DNA of 64,000 nt from NCBI GenBank assembly GCA_030064845.1, contig JASJEC010000003.1:69138-133137 (forward strand), written 5' to 3'. A program made the translations under genes and the position numbers. The stretch's first letter is position 1. Every line of letters starts with the position of its first letter. Shown in pieces: positions 18,291-28,299 of this stretch. The notes below the pieces were generated by a model, which did not search any database, had not been told where the DNA came from, and saw nothing but the letters and a program-made list of their open reading frames with translations. Source of the DNA: Kiloniellales bacterium. GTDB taxonomy: Bacteria > Pseudomonadota > Alphaproteobacteria > Kiloniellales > JAKSDN01.

Positions 18291-19691
18291 ATGTCCGATT
18301 CTCTGCTGACCCTGTCGGTGGTCACGGCTGTCGTCGCGCTCGCGAGCTTTCTGCTCAGTCCCCGCGCGCGGGGCGAAGGCGCCTTCTTTCGCGGCACCGC
18401 GGTCTCGGGGGCGGCGCCGGGGGTGCTGGCACTCACTTTCTCCCAGGTCACGACCTGGATCTTCGCGCGCTCGATCATGAACGCGGCGATCCTGGGCTAC
18501 TTCTTCGGTATCGCCGGCGCCCTGGCCTACGCCGCCTACTACCTCTCCTTCGTCACCGGCGCCTGGATCATAGCGGGCATCCGCTTCCGCCACGGTTTCG
18601 GCAGCGTGCAGGCCTTCCTGGAGGACCGCTTCGGCACCGTCGGCACCTCGAGCTACAACCTCGTCGTCGGGCTCCGCCTGCTCTCGGAGGTCTTCGCCAA
18701 CCTGCTGGTGATCGGGCTGATCTTCGGGGGGACGGAGACCGGCGGCTACACCGCCGCCATCGTCATCGTCGGCACGCTGACCTTCGGCTATGCCGCCGTT
18801 GGGGGCTTGAACGCCTCGATCCGCACCGACGTGTTCCAGCTCGGCGTCTTCCTCCTGGTGCTCGCGCTGCTGTTGGCTTTCGCTTTCGGCGCCGGGGGAT
18901 TCGACCTGCCCGCCTTCGCTCTCTCCTCGCCCGAAGCGAGCAACGCCGGCTGGGTCCTGCTTATGGTCGCCCTGCTCCAGGTCTGGAGCTATCCGCTGCA
19001 CGACCCGGTCATGATGGACCGGGGCTTCATCGCTGACGAGCGCACCACCCGGGCGAGCTTCTATCACGCCGCCTGGATCGCCTTCGCCTGCATCCTGGCT
19101 TTCGGCCTGCTCGGCGTTTGGGCCGGGCTCAACGCGCTTGAGGGCGAGGGCTTCGTGCCTACGCTGACGCGGCTGATCGGCGAGTGGCCCATGCTGCTCT
19201 TCAACATCGCGCTGGTGGTCTCCTGCATGTCGACCCTGGACTCGACCTTCTCGAGCACGGCCAAGCTGGCCGTGGTGGACACGGGGCTGGCGCGCCCGAC
19301 GGTACGGAACGGGCGCATCGCCATGTCCATTTTCCTGCTGGGCGGCCTGGGGCTGGTCTTCCTCGGCTCCAAGGATCTCTTCGACGCCGTGGCGGTCTCG
19401 GGCACGGCCTCTCTGTTCCTCGCCCCGGTGGTCTTCTTCTCGATCTGGCTGGGCCGGCGGGACGTGCCGGTCTGGAGCTACCTGGCCGCCTTCCTCGCCG
19501 CGCTGGCCGCCGCAGCGCTCTACTTCACCGACACGGCGGGCTACACGACGGTCATGCAGAGCCTGACCGGGCTGGAGCACAAGTACAGCCACCTGCTGGT
19601 GCTCTGCCTCGGCGCCCTCGGCATCGGCTGCGGCGCCTTCGCGCTAGGCATCCTGACCGCTTCGAAAGAACTGGCCGGGGAAACCGCCTGA
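18291..19691 (+). CDS. sodium:solute symporter (SSS) family transporter
   Basis: 466 aa, polytopic. GGLNASIRTDVFQ resembles the SSS signature. GGAGAGG RBS upstream. Divergent from the flavoenzyme gene. Confidence 0.65.
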   Translation: MSDSLLTLSVVTAVVALASFLLSPRARGEGAFFRGTAVSGAAPGVLALTFSQVTTWIFARSIMNAAILGYFFGIAGALAYAAYYLSFVTGAWIIAGIRFRHGFGSVQAFLEDRFGTVGTSSYNLVVGLRLLSEVFANLLVIGLIFGGTETGGYTAAIVIVGTLTFGYAAVGGLNASIRTDVFQLGVFLLVLALLLAFAFGAGGFDLPAFALSSPEASNAGWVLLMVALLQVWSYPLHDPVMMDRGFIADERTTRASFYHAAWIAFACILAFGLLGVWAGLNALEGEGFVPTLTRLIGEWPMLLFNIALVVSCMSTLDSTFSSTAKLAVVDTGLARPTVRNGRIAMSIFLLGGLGLVFLGSKDLFDAVAVSGTASLFLAPVVFFSIWLGRRDVPVWSYLAAFLAALAAAALYFTDTAGYTTVMQSLTGLEHKYSHLLVLCLGALGIGCGAFALGILTASKELAGETA

Positions 19692-19875
19692 CACGAAGAG
19701 ATCGGGCAGCCGGGACCGGCGCGGCGCCAGGAGAGTCACCGCTCCTCGTGAACCAGGCCGGTGCGGGTCAGGACGCGGGCCCGCGCGCAATTCCCGTTTG
19801 CCGCGAGCGAGACTTCTCCTATCCTGCCCGAAAGGGCGCAGACCCTTAGGCTCGGCAAGCTAGGAGTAGGAGACA

Positions 19876-21468
19876 ATGAGAAAAGCTGTCCCGATCGCCG
19901 CGCTGGCGGCGGCGGCGCTTCTCGTTTCGAGCCTTCTCTGGTTTTTCGGCGGCGATTCCCAGGACGGTCCGACCAGCGGTCCGGGCGACGGCGCGCGGGA
20001 CAGAGTCGTGGTCGCGGCACCGGCCGGGACGCAGGTCTCGCAAGGCAAGACCGCCGCGCGGCCGGGCGCGGTTCTTCTCGCGGACGCGGAAGTCGAGACC
20101 GGGCGCCACGAAATCCTGGAGCACGTCTTCGAGGAATGGCGGGGCGACCTGGACGGCATGATCGAGCGCGGCTTCGTGCGCATTCTGACCGTGCACAACC
20201 CGCTCTTCTTCAGCTACGACGGCGTCCATCAGCGGGGACTGACGCACGACCTCGCCCGGGCCTTCGAGAAGCACCTGGCGAAGGTGCACAAGGCACCGCG
20301 CGGCCGGCTCAACGTCGTCCTGATACCGCTCGCACGCGACGAGCTGCTGCCCCACCTGATCAGCGGCAAGGGCGACATCGTGGCGGCCAACCTGACGATC
20401 ACGCCGGCGCGCCGGAAGCTGGTCGACTTTTCCGACCCGATCTATCCCAACGTCCGCGAACTGGTGATCACCGGCCCCGGCGCACCGGACATCGCGAGCC
20501 TGGACGACCTGACCGCCACCGAGATTCACGTCCGCAGGTCCAGCAGCTATTTCGAGCACCTCTCGGCGATCAACGAGACGCGGCGCGACGACGGCCAGAA
20601 GGAGATCCCGGTCGTGGCCGCCGACGAGCTGCTGGAGGACTACGACCTGCTGGAGATGGTCAACGCCGGCCTGGTCCCGGCGATCGTCGTCGACAGCCAC
20701 AAGGCCGCGCTCTGGGCCCAGGTCTTCGACGGCATCACGGTGCACGAGGACCTCGCCGTCAACGAGGGCGGGTCGATCGCCTGGGCGATCCGCAAGGACA
20801 GTCCGCTGCTGATGAAAGCGGTCAACGACTTCGTCAGAAAGGCGAAGAAGGGCACGCTGCTCGGCAACATCCTGATCAAGCGCTACTTGAAGTCGGCCGA
20901 CTGGATCGACAATGTCCGCGCGGGCAAGGCGCGGGAGCGCTACGAAGCGGTAACGGCGCTGATCAGGACCTATGCCGGGCGGTTCGACTTCGACTGGCAG
21001 ATGATCATGGCCCAGGGCTACCAGGAGTCGAAGCTCAACCAAAATACGCGGAGCAAGGCAGGGGCGGTCGGCATCATGCAGGTGTTGCCGACCACGGCGG
21101 CCGACCCCAACGTGGGCGTGCCGAACATCGAAGACCCGGAATCCAACGTCCACGCCGGGGTCAAGTATCTCCGCTTCCTGCGCGACCGCTACTTCAGCGA
21201 CCCGGAGATCGCGCCCCTGGATCAGGTGCTCTTCTCCCTCGCGGCCTACAACGCGGGGCCGGCAAACATCGCCAGGGCGCGAAAGCGGGCCCGGAAGATG
21301 GGCCTCGACCCCAACCGATGGTTCGGCGAGACCGAGGTCGCCACCGCGAAGGCGGTGAGCCGCGAGCCGGTCGTCTACGTGCGCAACATCTACAAGTACT
21401 TCATCGCCTACAAGCAGATCGCCGGTATCGAGCGGGCGCGCGCGAACGCGAACGGGTCACAGGAATAG
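19876..21468 (+). CDS. MltF-like lytic transglycosylase (periplasmic solute-binding-like domain + SLT domain)
   Basis: 530 aa with a signal/anchor (MRKAVPIAALAAAALLVSSLLWF). The N-terminal half looks like SBP_bac_3. The C-terminal SLT motifs are QGYQESKLN, AVGIMQV and AAYNAGP. Confidence 0.85.
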   Translation: MRKAVPIAALAAAALLVSSLLWFFGGDSQDGPTSGPGDGARDRVVVAAPAGTQVSQGKTAARPGAVLLADAEVETGRHEILEHVFEEWRGDLDGMIERGFVRILTVHNPLFFSYDGVHQRGLTHDLARAFEKHLAKVHKAPRGRLNVVLIPLARDELLPHLISGKGDIVAANLTITPARRKLVDFSDPIYPNVRELVITGPGAPDIASLDDLTATEIHVRRSSSYFEHLSAINETRRDDGQKEIPVVAADELLEDYDLLEMVNAGLVPAIVVDSHKAALWAQVFDGITVHEDLAVNEGGSIAWAIRKDSPLLMKAVNDFVRKAKKGTLLGNILIKRYLKSADWIDNVRAGKARERYEAVTALIRTYAGRFDFDWQMIMAQGYQESKLNQNTRSKAGAVGIMQVLPTTAADPNVGVPNIEDPESNVHAGVKYLRFLRDRYFSDPEIAPLDQVLFSLAAYNAGPANIARARKRARKMGLDPNRWFGETEVATAKAVSREPVVYVRNIYKYFIAYKQIAGIERARANANGSQE

Positions 21469-21647
21469 CCGGCGCCTTCGACCCCTTCCCCAGGGTCTGG
21501 AGCAGGTTTCGGCGACCTAGACTCTTAAGTGTCTGAATTTCCGCAACTTATCTATTCCACCCCGAATGGCGAAAAGCCAGGGCTAGCGAAATCGTAAGAG
21601 TTTCCGCCTATCCCCGGCTCTCGGAAGCTACCGGCGGAGAAACCGAC

Positions 21648-22499
21648 ATGGCCCAAATGGAAGCGGATCGCTTGGCCGAGCCCGGCATCACAGGCGGACC
21701 CGTAGAGGAACCGTCTCCCCTGCGACGCCTTCTGCAGCGGATCGGGCTGATCATCAACCTGAAGGCCCTGTTCGTCTGCGGTCTCGCCATAATGGCTACG
21801 CTGGCATGCCGCCACTACGGCCTTATCGCCGATTATCCGCTCACCCTGATCGCCACGGCCATCATCTTTCCCATCGTCTTCTCGATCAGCGGCGCCTACA
21901 AGCGCCGGGAAACCGCGCTTTACCACTACGGGCAGATCAAGGCGCACGGCCGCGCCATCTACTTCGCCGCGCGCGACTGGCTGGCCGACAGCGATCCCGA
22001 GACGCTGCGGGAAGCCGGCGCGCTGCTCGGCGGCTTCTTGGCGGACTGCCGGACGCTGTTCGCCGGAACACGCCAGGAGATGGTTAGGAACGAGGACGCC
22101 GTCTACCGCGACCTGTCGCGGCTTTCCCTCTTCATCAAGACGCTGCGGCAGAAAGGGCTCGCCACCGGTGAGGTGTCGCGCTGCAACCAGTATCTCTCGA
22201 AGATCGTCGTCTCCTTCGAGACGATGAAGCACATCTACCAGTACCGCACACCGCTCTCCCTGCGCGCCTACAGCAGCATCTTCATCTTTATCCTGCCGGT
22301 TCTCTACGGGCCCTACTTTGCCCATCTCGCCACGGAGTACTCGCCCGGGCTCGAATTCATGATGCCAGTGCTGTTCAGCCTGATCTTCGTCGGGCTGGAC
22401 AACATCCAGTCGCACCTCGAGAACCCCTTCGACCAGCTCGGCGAGGACGATATCGCCATCAACGCCGAGAAGTTCCGCGAACGCCTGGAACTGGAATAG
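21648..22499 (+). CDS. bestrophin/UPF0187 family putative ion channel
   Basis: 283 aa. TM pattern plus YRTPLSLRAYSSIF and the C-terminal LENPFDQLGEDDIAI, compared with the YneE-type LEDPFG..DLPL. Confidence 0.65.
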   Translation: MAQMEADRLAEPGITGGPVEEPSPLRRLLQRIGLIINLKALFVCGLAIMATLACRHYGLIADYPLTLIATAIIFPIVFSISGAYKRRETALYHYGQIKAHGRAIYFAARDWLADSDPETLREAGALLGGFLADCRTLFAGTRQEMVRNEDAVYRDLSRLSLFIKTLRQKGLATGEVSRCNQYLSKIVVSFETMKHIYQYRTPLSLRAYSSIFIFILPVLYGPYFAHLATEYSPGLEFMMPVLFSLIFVGLDNIQSHLENPFDQLGEDDIAINAEKFRERLELE

Positions 22500-22684
22500 G
22501 GCGGCGCCCGCCACCTGCAAGGGCAAACCGCTGTGATGCGCGCCCAGAGCCCTTTGACCCGGGTCATACGCAAGCTCCGGCCCCTGCTCTCCTTCAAGGG
22601 TGGGTGAGCGCTGTCGCTGCCGGGATACTGGCATGGCGAGAGCGCAATATCCCGGCCGCCCGCCGGATGGTAATCTCTGGTTGA

Positions 22685-22827
22685 CTAGAGCAGATCCGGA
22701 TTTGACTGAATCGCCGGAGGCGATCCATCAAACCCGGTGAATCTGCTCTAAACCTAGGATGTAGAGCGGATTCACATGTTTGGTTGGCAACCACGAAGTG
22801 GTTCCATCTAAACATGATCCGCTCTAA
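22685..22827 (-). repeat. 143-bp double-hairpin intergenic repeat, family A, copy 1 (inverted relative to copies 2 and 3)
   Basis: CTAGAGCAGATCCGGATTTGACTGAATCGCCGGAGGCGATCCATCAAACCCGGTGAATCTGCTCTA + AACCTAGGA + TGTAGAGCGGATTCACATGTTTGGTTGGCAACCACGAAGTGGTTCCATCTAAACATGATCCGCTCTA. Its reverse complement aligns end to end with 49948..50090 and 55442..55584. Confidence 0.9.
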
Positions 22828-22854
22828 GGCGAAGAGGTTCGGGAGGAGCGCGAC

Positions 22855-24390
22855 ATGTCGAGCGAACAAGTCCGCCGTGGCGGGCGCCAGGCGCGGCGCG
22901 CGGCGCGCCTGGCGGCACCGGCCGTCTCCCTGCCGACCCTGGTGCGCAACGTCCCGGTCTATGAGGTGCTCGACGAGGAAGGCGTCGAGCTGATCCACGA
23001 CGCCTCCATGCAGATCCTCGAGGAGGTCGGCATCGACTTCCGCGACGAGGAGGCGCTGGCCACTTGGCGGGAGGCGGGCGCCAGGACCGAGGGCGAGCGG
23101 GTCTATCTGGACCGGGCCCTGGTCATGGAGCTGGTCGGCAAGGCGCCCGCGGAGTTCGACATTCAGGGGCGCAATCCGGACCGCAAGATCCGGGTCGGCG
23201 GGCGCAACATGATCTTCGTGCCGACCTACGGCTCACCCTACGTGCTCGACCTCAACGAGGAGCGCCGCTACAGCCGCCTGGAGGACCTCAACGCCTTCCA
23301 CAAGCTCGCCTACCTCTCGCCGGCGCTGCACATGACCGGCGGGATCATCTGCGAGCCGGTGGACATCCCGGTGGCCAAGCGGCACCTGCACATCGCCTAC
23401 TCGGCCCTCGCCCACTCCGACAAGCCCTTCATGGGCGCCACCACGGCACGCGAGCGGGCCGAGGACACGGTCGACATGGCCAAGCTCGTGTTCGGCGACG
23501 ACTTCGTCGAGAAGAACACGGTCATGGTCTCGGTCTGCAACTGCAACTCGCCGCTGGTCTGGGACTCGACCATGCTGGACGCGGTCAAGGTCTATGCCCG
23601 CCACAACCAGGCGGTCATTCTGGCGCCCTTCGTCATGGCGGGCGCCAGCACCTCGGCCAGCACCGTGGGCTCGGTCGCCCAACTCAACGCCGAGGCGCTG
23701 GCGGGGATCGCCTTCTCCCAGGCGGTGAGACCCGGCGCGCCGATGATCTACGGCAACTTCCTGGCGACGGTCTCGATGAAGTCCGGTGCGCCCATGGCCG
23801 GCACGCCGGAGATCAGCCTGATGAACTTCATGATCGGCCAGCTCGCGCGGCGCTACAACTTGCCCTGGCGCTCCAGCGGCATGGTCAACGGCTCGAAGCT
23901 GGTCGACGCCCAGGCGGCCTACGAGTCCTCCATGACCATGCAGTCGGTGCTGCTCTCGGGGGCCAACTTCGTCTTTCACGCCGCCGGCTGGCTGGAAGCC
24001 GGGCTCACCGCGAGCTTCGCCAAGTTCGTGCTCGATGCCGAGCAGATGGAGATGTACTACCGCTTCGGCCAGGGCGTCGACCTGAGCGACCTGGGCGACG
24101 CTATGGACGCCGTGCGCGAGGTCGGGCCAGGCGGGCACTTCCTGGGCACGAAACACACGCGCGAGCATTTCAAGGACGCCTTCTTCATGCCCGAGCTGCT
24201 GGACAACAACAGCTTCGAGCAGTGGTCGGTCGAAGGCGCGACCGACGCCAATGACCGGGGCCTGGCCAAGGCCCGGGAGCTGCTCGAACGCTACGAGGCC
24301 GAGGCGCCGACCCTCGATCCCGAGATCGACGAGGCCTTGAAGGCCTTCATCGGCGTGCGCGAGGCCGTGCTGCCCGATCAGGTCAGCTGA
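22855..24390 (+). CDS. trimethylamine methyltransferase (MttB) superfamily protein, non-pyrrolysine type
   Basis: 511 aa, uninterrupted. N-terminus RRAARL...VPVYEVLDEEGVELIHDASMQILEEVGIDF is typical of MttB-family quaternary-amine methyltransferases. GGGAGGAG RBS. Confidence 0.85.
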   Translation: MSSEQVRRGGRQARRAARLAAPAVSLPTLVRNVPVYEVLDEEGVELIHDASMQILEEVGIDFRDEEALATWREAGARTEGERVYLDRALVMELVGKAPAEFDIQGRNPDRKIRVGGRNMIFVPTYGSPYVLDLNEERRYSRLEDLNAFHKLAYLSPALHMTGGIICEPVDIPVAKRHLHIAYSALAHSDKPFMGATTARERAEDTVDMAKLVFGDDFVEKNTVMVSVCNCNSPLVWDSTMLDAVKVYARHNQAVILAPFVMAGASTSASTVGSVAQLNAEALAGIAFSQAVRPGAPMIYGNFLATVSMKSGAPMAGTPEISLMNFMIGQLARRYNLPWRSSGMVNGSKLVDAQAAYESSMTMQSVLLSGANFVFHAAGWLEAGLTASFAKFVLDAEQMEMYYRFGQGVDLSDLGDAMDAVREVGPGGHFLGTKHTREHFKDAFFMPELLDNNSFEQWSVEGATDANDRGLAKARELLERYEAEAPTLDPEIDEALKAFIGVREAVLPDQVS

Positions 24391-24453
24391 ATCCCCTTGC
24401 CGCCGCCAGCCTTCCCGTCGTAGGACAGCCCGTCCCGCTGAGGAGGTTCGCCC

Positions 24454-25404
24454 ATGTCCACGACCGAAACCGCAACGCTCGACCGCGTCTCCGCGCAGGC
24501 GGCCGAGGGCCTCTGGTCCCCCGCCCTGACCCCGATCGACGGCGAGCTGCGCCCCGACACGGCGCGCTACACCGCCCACCTGCACCGCCTGCTTGAGAAC
24601 GGCTGTCACGGCGTCACGGTCTTCGGCACCACGGGCGAGGCCACCTCCTTCTCCGCCGAGGAACGGGAAGCGGTGCTGGAGGCGGCCGTCGCGGCCGGCA
24701 TCCCGCCGGCGCAGATCATGGTCGGCACCGGCTGCGCGGCGCTCAGCGACAGCGTGCGCCTGACCCGGCACGCGCTCTCCCTCGGCTGCACCCAGGCGCT
24801 TATGCTGCCCCCGTTCTACTACAAGGGCGTGAGCGACGAGGGCCTCTACGCGGCCTTTGCCGAGACGGTCGAGCGCGTCGGCGACGCTGCGCTCAAGGTC
24901 TATTTCTACCACTTCCCCAAGCTCTCCATGGTGCCGATCACCCACGCCGTGATCGAGCGGCTGATGAAGGCCTATCCGGGCACCTTCGTCGGCCTGAAGG
25001 ACAGCTCGGGCGACGCCGAAGGCTGCGCCGCCTACATCGAGTCCTTCCCCGATCTCGCCGTCTTCCCCGGCACCGAGACCCTGATGCTGGACATGCTGGA
25101 GAAGGGCGCGGCGGGCTGCATCACCGCCTCGGCCAACGTCAACGGGCCGGCGATCCGCCGGGTCTGGGATGCCTTCAAGGCCGGCGACGAGGCCAAGACC
25201 GAGCACCAGGCGGCGATCACCGCCCTGCGCCAGATCCTCCAGGCCAATCCTATGATCCCGGTGATGAAGCACATCCTGGCGTCGTCCCTGGGCGACCCGG
25301 CCTGGAACGCCCTTCGCCCCCCGCTGACCCGCCTCCCGCTGGCGACGGGCGACGCGCTCGACGCCGAGCTCGCCAAGTTCGGCTACCGTTTCCCAGGCGG
25401 CTGA
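24454..25404 (+). CDS. dihydrodipicolinate synthase/N-acetylneuraminate lyase (DapA) family aldolase/deaminase
   Basis: 316 aa. GVTVFGTTGEATSFS and FYYK...GLKDSSGD (Schiff-base Lys region). GAGGAGG RBS. Confidence 0.85.
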   Translation: MSTTETATLDRVSAQAAEGLWSPALTPIDGELRPDTARYTAHLHRLLENGCHGVTVFGTTGEATSFSAEEREAVLEAAVAAGIPPAQIMVGTGCAALSDSVRLTRHALSLGCTQALMLPPFYYKGVSDEGLYAAFAETVERVGDAALKVYFYHFPKLSMVPITHAVIERLMKAYPGTFVGLKDSSGDAEGCAAYIESFPDLAVFPGTETLMLDMLEKGAAGCITASANVNGPAIRRVWDAFKAGDEAKTEHQAAITALRQILQANPMIPVMKHILASSLGDPAWNALRPPLTRLPLATGDALDAELAKFGYRFPGG

Positions 25405-25423
25405 GTTGGCCGAGCCGACGAAA

Positions 25424-25573
25424 CCCTCTCCTCTTGGGAGAGGGTGGCGAAGCGCAGCGGAGCCGGGTGAGGGCCAGTTGGTTCGTGGCAACCGCGACGC
25501 TGGAAGACAACTCGCCCTCACCCTCCCAACGCCTGACGGCGTCGGGCCCCTCCCTCTCCCAGAGGGCGAGGGG
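25424..25573. repeat. family D GC-rich nested-hairpin element, two units in inverted orientation
   Basis: Unit at 25424..25474 (CCCTCTCC-TCTTG-GGAGAGGG...CCGGGTGAGGGC) and unit at 25514..25573 (GCCCTCACCCTCCCA...CCCTCTCCCAGAGGGCGAGGGG). The second is in the same orientation as 29430..29496. Confidence 0.75.
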
Positions 25574-25597
25574 CCAACCTCTAGCCCCTAGCGTCAC

Positions 25598-27598
25598 GTG
25601 CCTCTCCGCCTCGGCATCGATACCGGCGGCACCTACACCGACGCGGTCCTGTTCGATGAGGACCGCGGCGTGGTGGCGGCCGCCAAGGCGCTGACCACCA
25701 AGCACGACCTGGCGATCGGCGTCGCCGAGGCCATGACCGGCGTGCTGGCCCGGGCCGAGGAAGAGATCGCCATGGTCGCGCTCTCGACCACGCTGGCGAC
25801 CAACGCCCTGGTCGAAGGGCACGGCAGCCCGGTCTGCCTGCTGCTCGCCGGCTTCGACGCAGAGTCCCTGGAACGCTCCGGCCTTGGCCGCGCCATGGCG
25901 GGCGATCCGGTCGTATTCCTCCAGGGCGGGCACCAGCCGAGCGGGGACGCGCAGGGTCCCCTCGACCTCGCCGCCGCCGAAGCGGCGATCGCCGCGCACG
26001 CGCCCAAGGCGGCCGCCTTCGCCGTGGCCGGCTACTTCGGCGTACGCAACCCGGCCCACGAGATCGCGCTGCGCGATCTGGTGCGCGAGCGAACCGGCCT
26101 GCCGGTGACCTGCAGCCACCAGCTCACCAGCAAGCTCGACGCCCCGCGCCGCGCCATGACCACCGTGCTCAACGCCCGGCTTATCGCCCTGCTGCAGCAG
26201 CTGATCCTGGCGGTGCAGGACCAGCTGGCCGAGGCCGGGATCGAGGCGCCGCTCATGGTGGTGAAGGCCGACGGCTCCCTGATCGCGGCCGCGGCGGCCC
26301 TTGAGCGGCCGATCGAGACAATCCTCTCGGGACCCGCGGCCAGCCTGATCGGCGCCCAGGCCCTGTGCGGCGCGGGCGACGTGGTGGTTTCCGACATGGG
26401 CGGCACCACGACCGACATCGCGGTGCTCGCCGACGGCCAGCCCGCGCTCAGCCCCGACGGCGCCCAGGTCGGCGGCTGGCGCACCATGGTCGAGGCGGTC
26501 TCGGTGCACACGCTCGGCATCGGAGGCGACAGCGAGGTCCGGCTCGACGAGCGCGGCGCCCTGCTGGTCGGCCCCCGCCGGGCCGTTCCCCTGGCGCTTC
26601 TGGCCCAGGACAACGGAGCGGTCCTCGAGGCGCTGCGGCGCCAGGCGGCGGACGGCGCGTCCGGCCTCGCCTTCAAGGACGCGCTGGCCGGGCGCTTCGC
26701 GCTGCGCCTGCGCGCGCTCGACACCGAGGCCGGGAGCCTGAGCAGCGGCGAGCGGGAGATCTGGCGCCGCCTCGAGGCGGGCCCGGTTGCGCTGGAGGAG
26801 CTGCTGGCGAATTCCTACCTCAAGGCGCCGCTGGACCGGCTGACCGACCGGGGCCTGGTCATCCTCTCCGCCTTCACGCCGAGCGACGCCGCCCATCTGC
26901 TCGGGCTGCATGCCCAGTGGAACGCCGAGGCGGCGCGCCTGGGCGCGGCGATCTGGCTCTGGCGACTGGGTCGATCCCGGCTGGAGAGCTTCGCCGACCC
27001 GGAGGCCTTCGCCCGCCGCGTCTTCGACCAGGTCCTGGTGCAGAGCGGCAGAGCGCTGGTCGGCGCCGCGCTGGCCGAAGCCGGCGAGCCCGGCCTGGAC
27101 GACGCGGGGCTGGTCGAGCGGGCCCTCATGGCGCCGGAGCGCAAGGCGCGCGGCGGCGTCGACTTCGCGGTCAAGCTGGGCCGGCCGGTGGTCGCCGTCG
27201 GCGCGCCGGCCGCGACCTACTACGGCGCGCTCGCCGACCGCCTCGACACCGAGATCATCGTGCCACCCCACGCCGAGGTGGCGAACGCCGTCGGCGCCGT
27301 CGCGGCCGGTGTCGTGCAGCGGGTCGAAGCCTTGATCACCTCGCCGGAGGAGGGCCGCTACCGGGTCCACCTGTCGAGCGGGCTGCGCGACTTCGGCCAG
27401 CTCGAAGGCGCCACCGCCTACGCCGTGGAGGAGGCCCGGCGTCTCGCCGGGGCGGCGGCGGAGCGCGCCGGCGCGGCGCGGTCGGAGGTCAAGATCGCCC
27501 GCAAGGACGTGGTCGCCGAGGCGGCCGACGGGCGCGAGGTCTTCTTCGAGACCCGCATCACCGCCACGGCCTTCGGCCGTCCCGCTCTGGCGTCCTAG
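25598..27598 (+). CDS. hydantoinase/oxoprolinase (HyuA-like) family protein
   Basis: 666 aa with a GTG start. N-terminus LRLGIDTGGTYTDAVL and internal SDMGGTTTDIAV ASKHA-type ATPase motifs. Confidence 0.8.
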   Translation: MPLRLGIDTGGTYTDAVLFDEDRGVVAAAKALTTKHDLAIGVAEAMTGVLARAEEEIAMVALSTTLATNALVEGHGSPVCLLLAGFDAESLERSGLGRAMAGDPVVFLQGGHQPSGDAQGPLDLAAAEAAIAAHAPKAAAFAVAGYFGVRNPAHEIALRDLVRERTGLPVTCSHQLTSKLDAPRRAMTTVLNARLIALLQQLILAVQDQLAEAGIEAPLMVVKADGSLIAAAAALERPIETILSGPAASLIGAQALCGAGDVVVSDMGGTTTDIAVLADGQPALSPDGAQVGGWRTMVEAVSVHTLGIGGDSEVRLDERGALLVGPRRAVPLALLAQDNGAVLEALRRQAADGASGLAFKDALAGRFALRLRALDTEAGSLSSGEREIWRRLEAGPVALEELLANSYLKAPLDRLTDRGLVILSAFTPSDAAHLLGLHAQWNAEAARLGAAIWLWRLGRSRLESFADPEAFARRVFDQVLVQSGRALVGAALAEAGEPGLDDAGLVERALMAPERKARGGVDFAVKLGRPVVAVGAPAATYYGALADRLDTEIIVPPHAEVANAVGAVAAGVVQRVEALITSPEEGRYRVHLSSGLRDFGQLEGATAYAVEEARRLAGAAAERAGAARSEVKIARKDVVAEAADGREVFFETRITATAFGRPALAS

Positions 27599-27664
27599 AG
27601 TGGGTTATGTTCGGTGACCCGCTCTCGGGTCTATCGGCGCGAGGCCCTACCCCTTCCCCCTAAA

Positions 27665-27756
27665 TGTCATGGCCGGACTTGATCCGGCCATCCAGGAGCA
27701 ACAGCAGCCGGCGTCGCAGCGGCCCCCGGATGCCCGGATCAAGTCCGGGCATGACA
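27665..27756. repeat. 92-bp palindromic element, family B (TGTCATGSCCGGACTTGATCCGGSCATCC termini)
   Basis: The left end TGTCATGGCCGGACTTGATCCGGCCATCCAGG and the right end CCGGATGCCCGGATCAAGTCCGGGCATGACA are inverted copies. Each end is also a hairpin. Same length and termini as 35766..35857. Confidence 0.85.
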
Positions 27757-27849
27757 TGTTGTTGGGAGAATATGTCACCGCTTCGCCATCGACCGGCCGG
27801 CGGCGCTTGGGCTAGTCTCGACCCGAATTCCTAAACAGGGAGGAAGCCC

Positions 27850-28200
27850 ATGACCATCGAACGCCGGCACGTCGCGACCCGCATGAGCCAACTGGTGATT
27901 CACGGCGACACCATCTATCTCGCCGGGCAGGTCGCGCAGAACAAGCCGGGCGCCCCTGTCGCCGAGCAGACGGCCGACATCCTGCAGGCGATCGACGCAT
28001 TGCTCGCCGAGGCGGGCAGCGACAAGTCCAAGATCCTCTCGGCGACGATCTGGCTCTCCGATATCCGCGGCTTCCAGGAGATGAACGAGGTCTGGGACGC
28101 CTGGGTGCCCGAGGGCAACGCGCCGGCGCGGGCCTGTGTCGAGGCCAAGCTCGCCGCGACCAAGTTCACCGTGGAGATCGGCATCGTCGCGGCTCGGTGA
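27850..28200 (+). CDS. RidA/YjgF family protein
   Basis: 116 aa. GDTIYLAGQVA...ILSATIWLSDIRGFQEMNEVW...PARACVEAKL fits the family. GGGAGGA RBS. Confidence 0.85.
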   Translation: MTIERRHVATRMSQLVIHGDTIYLAGQVAQNKPGAPVAEQTADILQAIDALLAEAGSDKSKILSATIWLSDIRGFQEMNEVWDAWVPEGNAPARACVEAKLAATKFTVEIGIVAAR

Positions 28201-28299
28201 TCGCGAAGCCCGCAACGGCGGGATGGACGTGACGCGCCGCTCGTAGCAGTTAGCGAGGGCGAGTTTCACGTCGGGCATAGAAGGGAGGGCGGAAGGACC

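Noticed and set aside
22855-24390. In-frame amber (pyrrolysine) codon in the MttB-family gene
   Set aside because: The ORF is uninterrupted over 511 codons, with no pyl genes nearby. It is a non-Pyl member.
23233-27370. Two very long minus-strand ORFs (23233..25521 of 762 aa and 25250..27370 of 706 aa)
   Set aside because: They are antisense to the MttB, DapA-like and HyuA-like genes and run straight through the family D repeat. They have low-complexity Arg/Gly/Ala/Asp composition.
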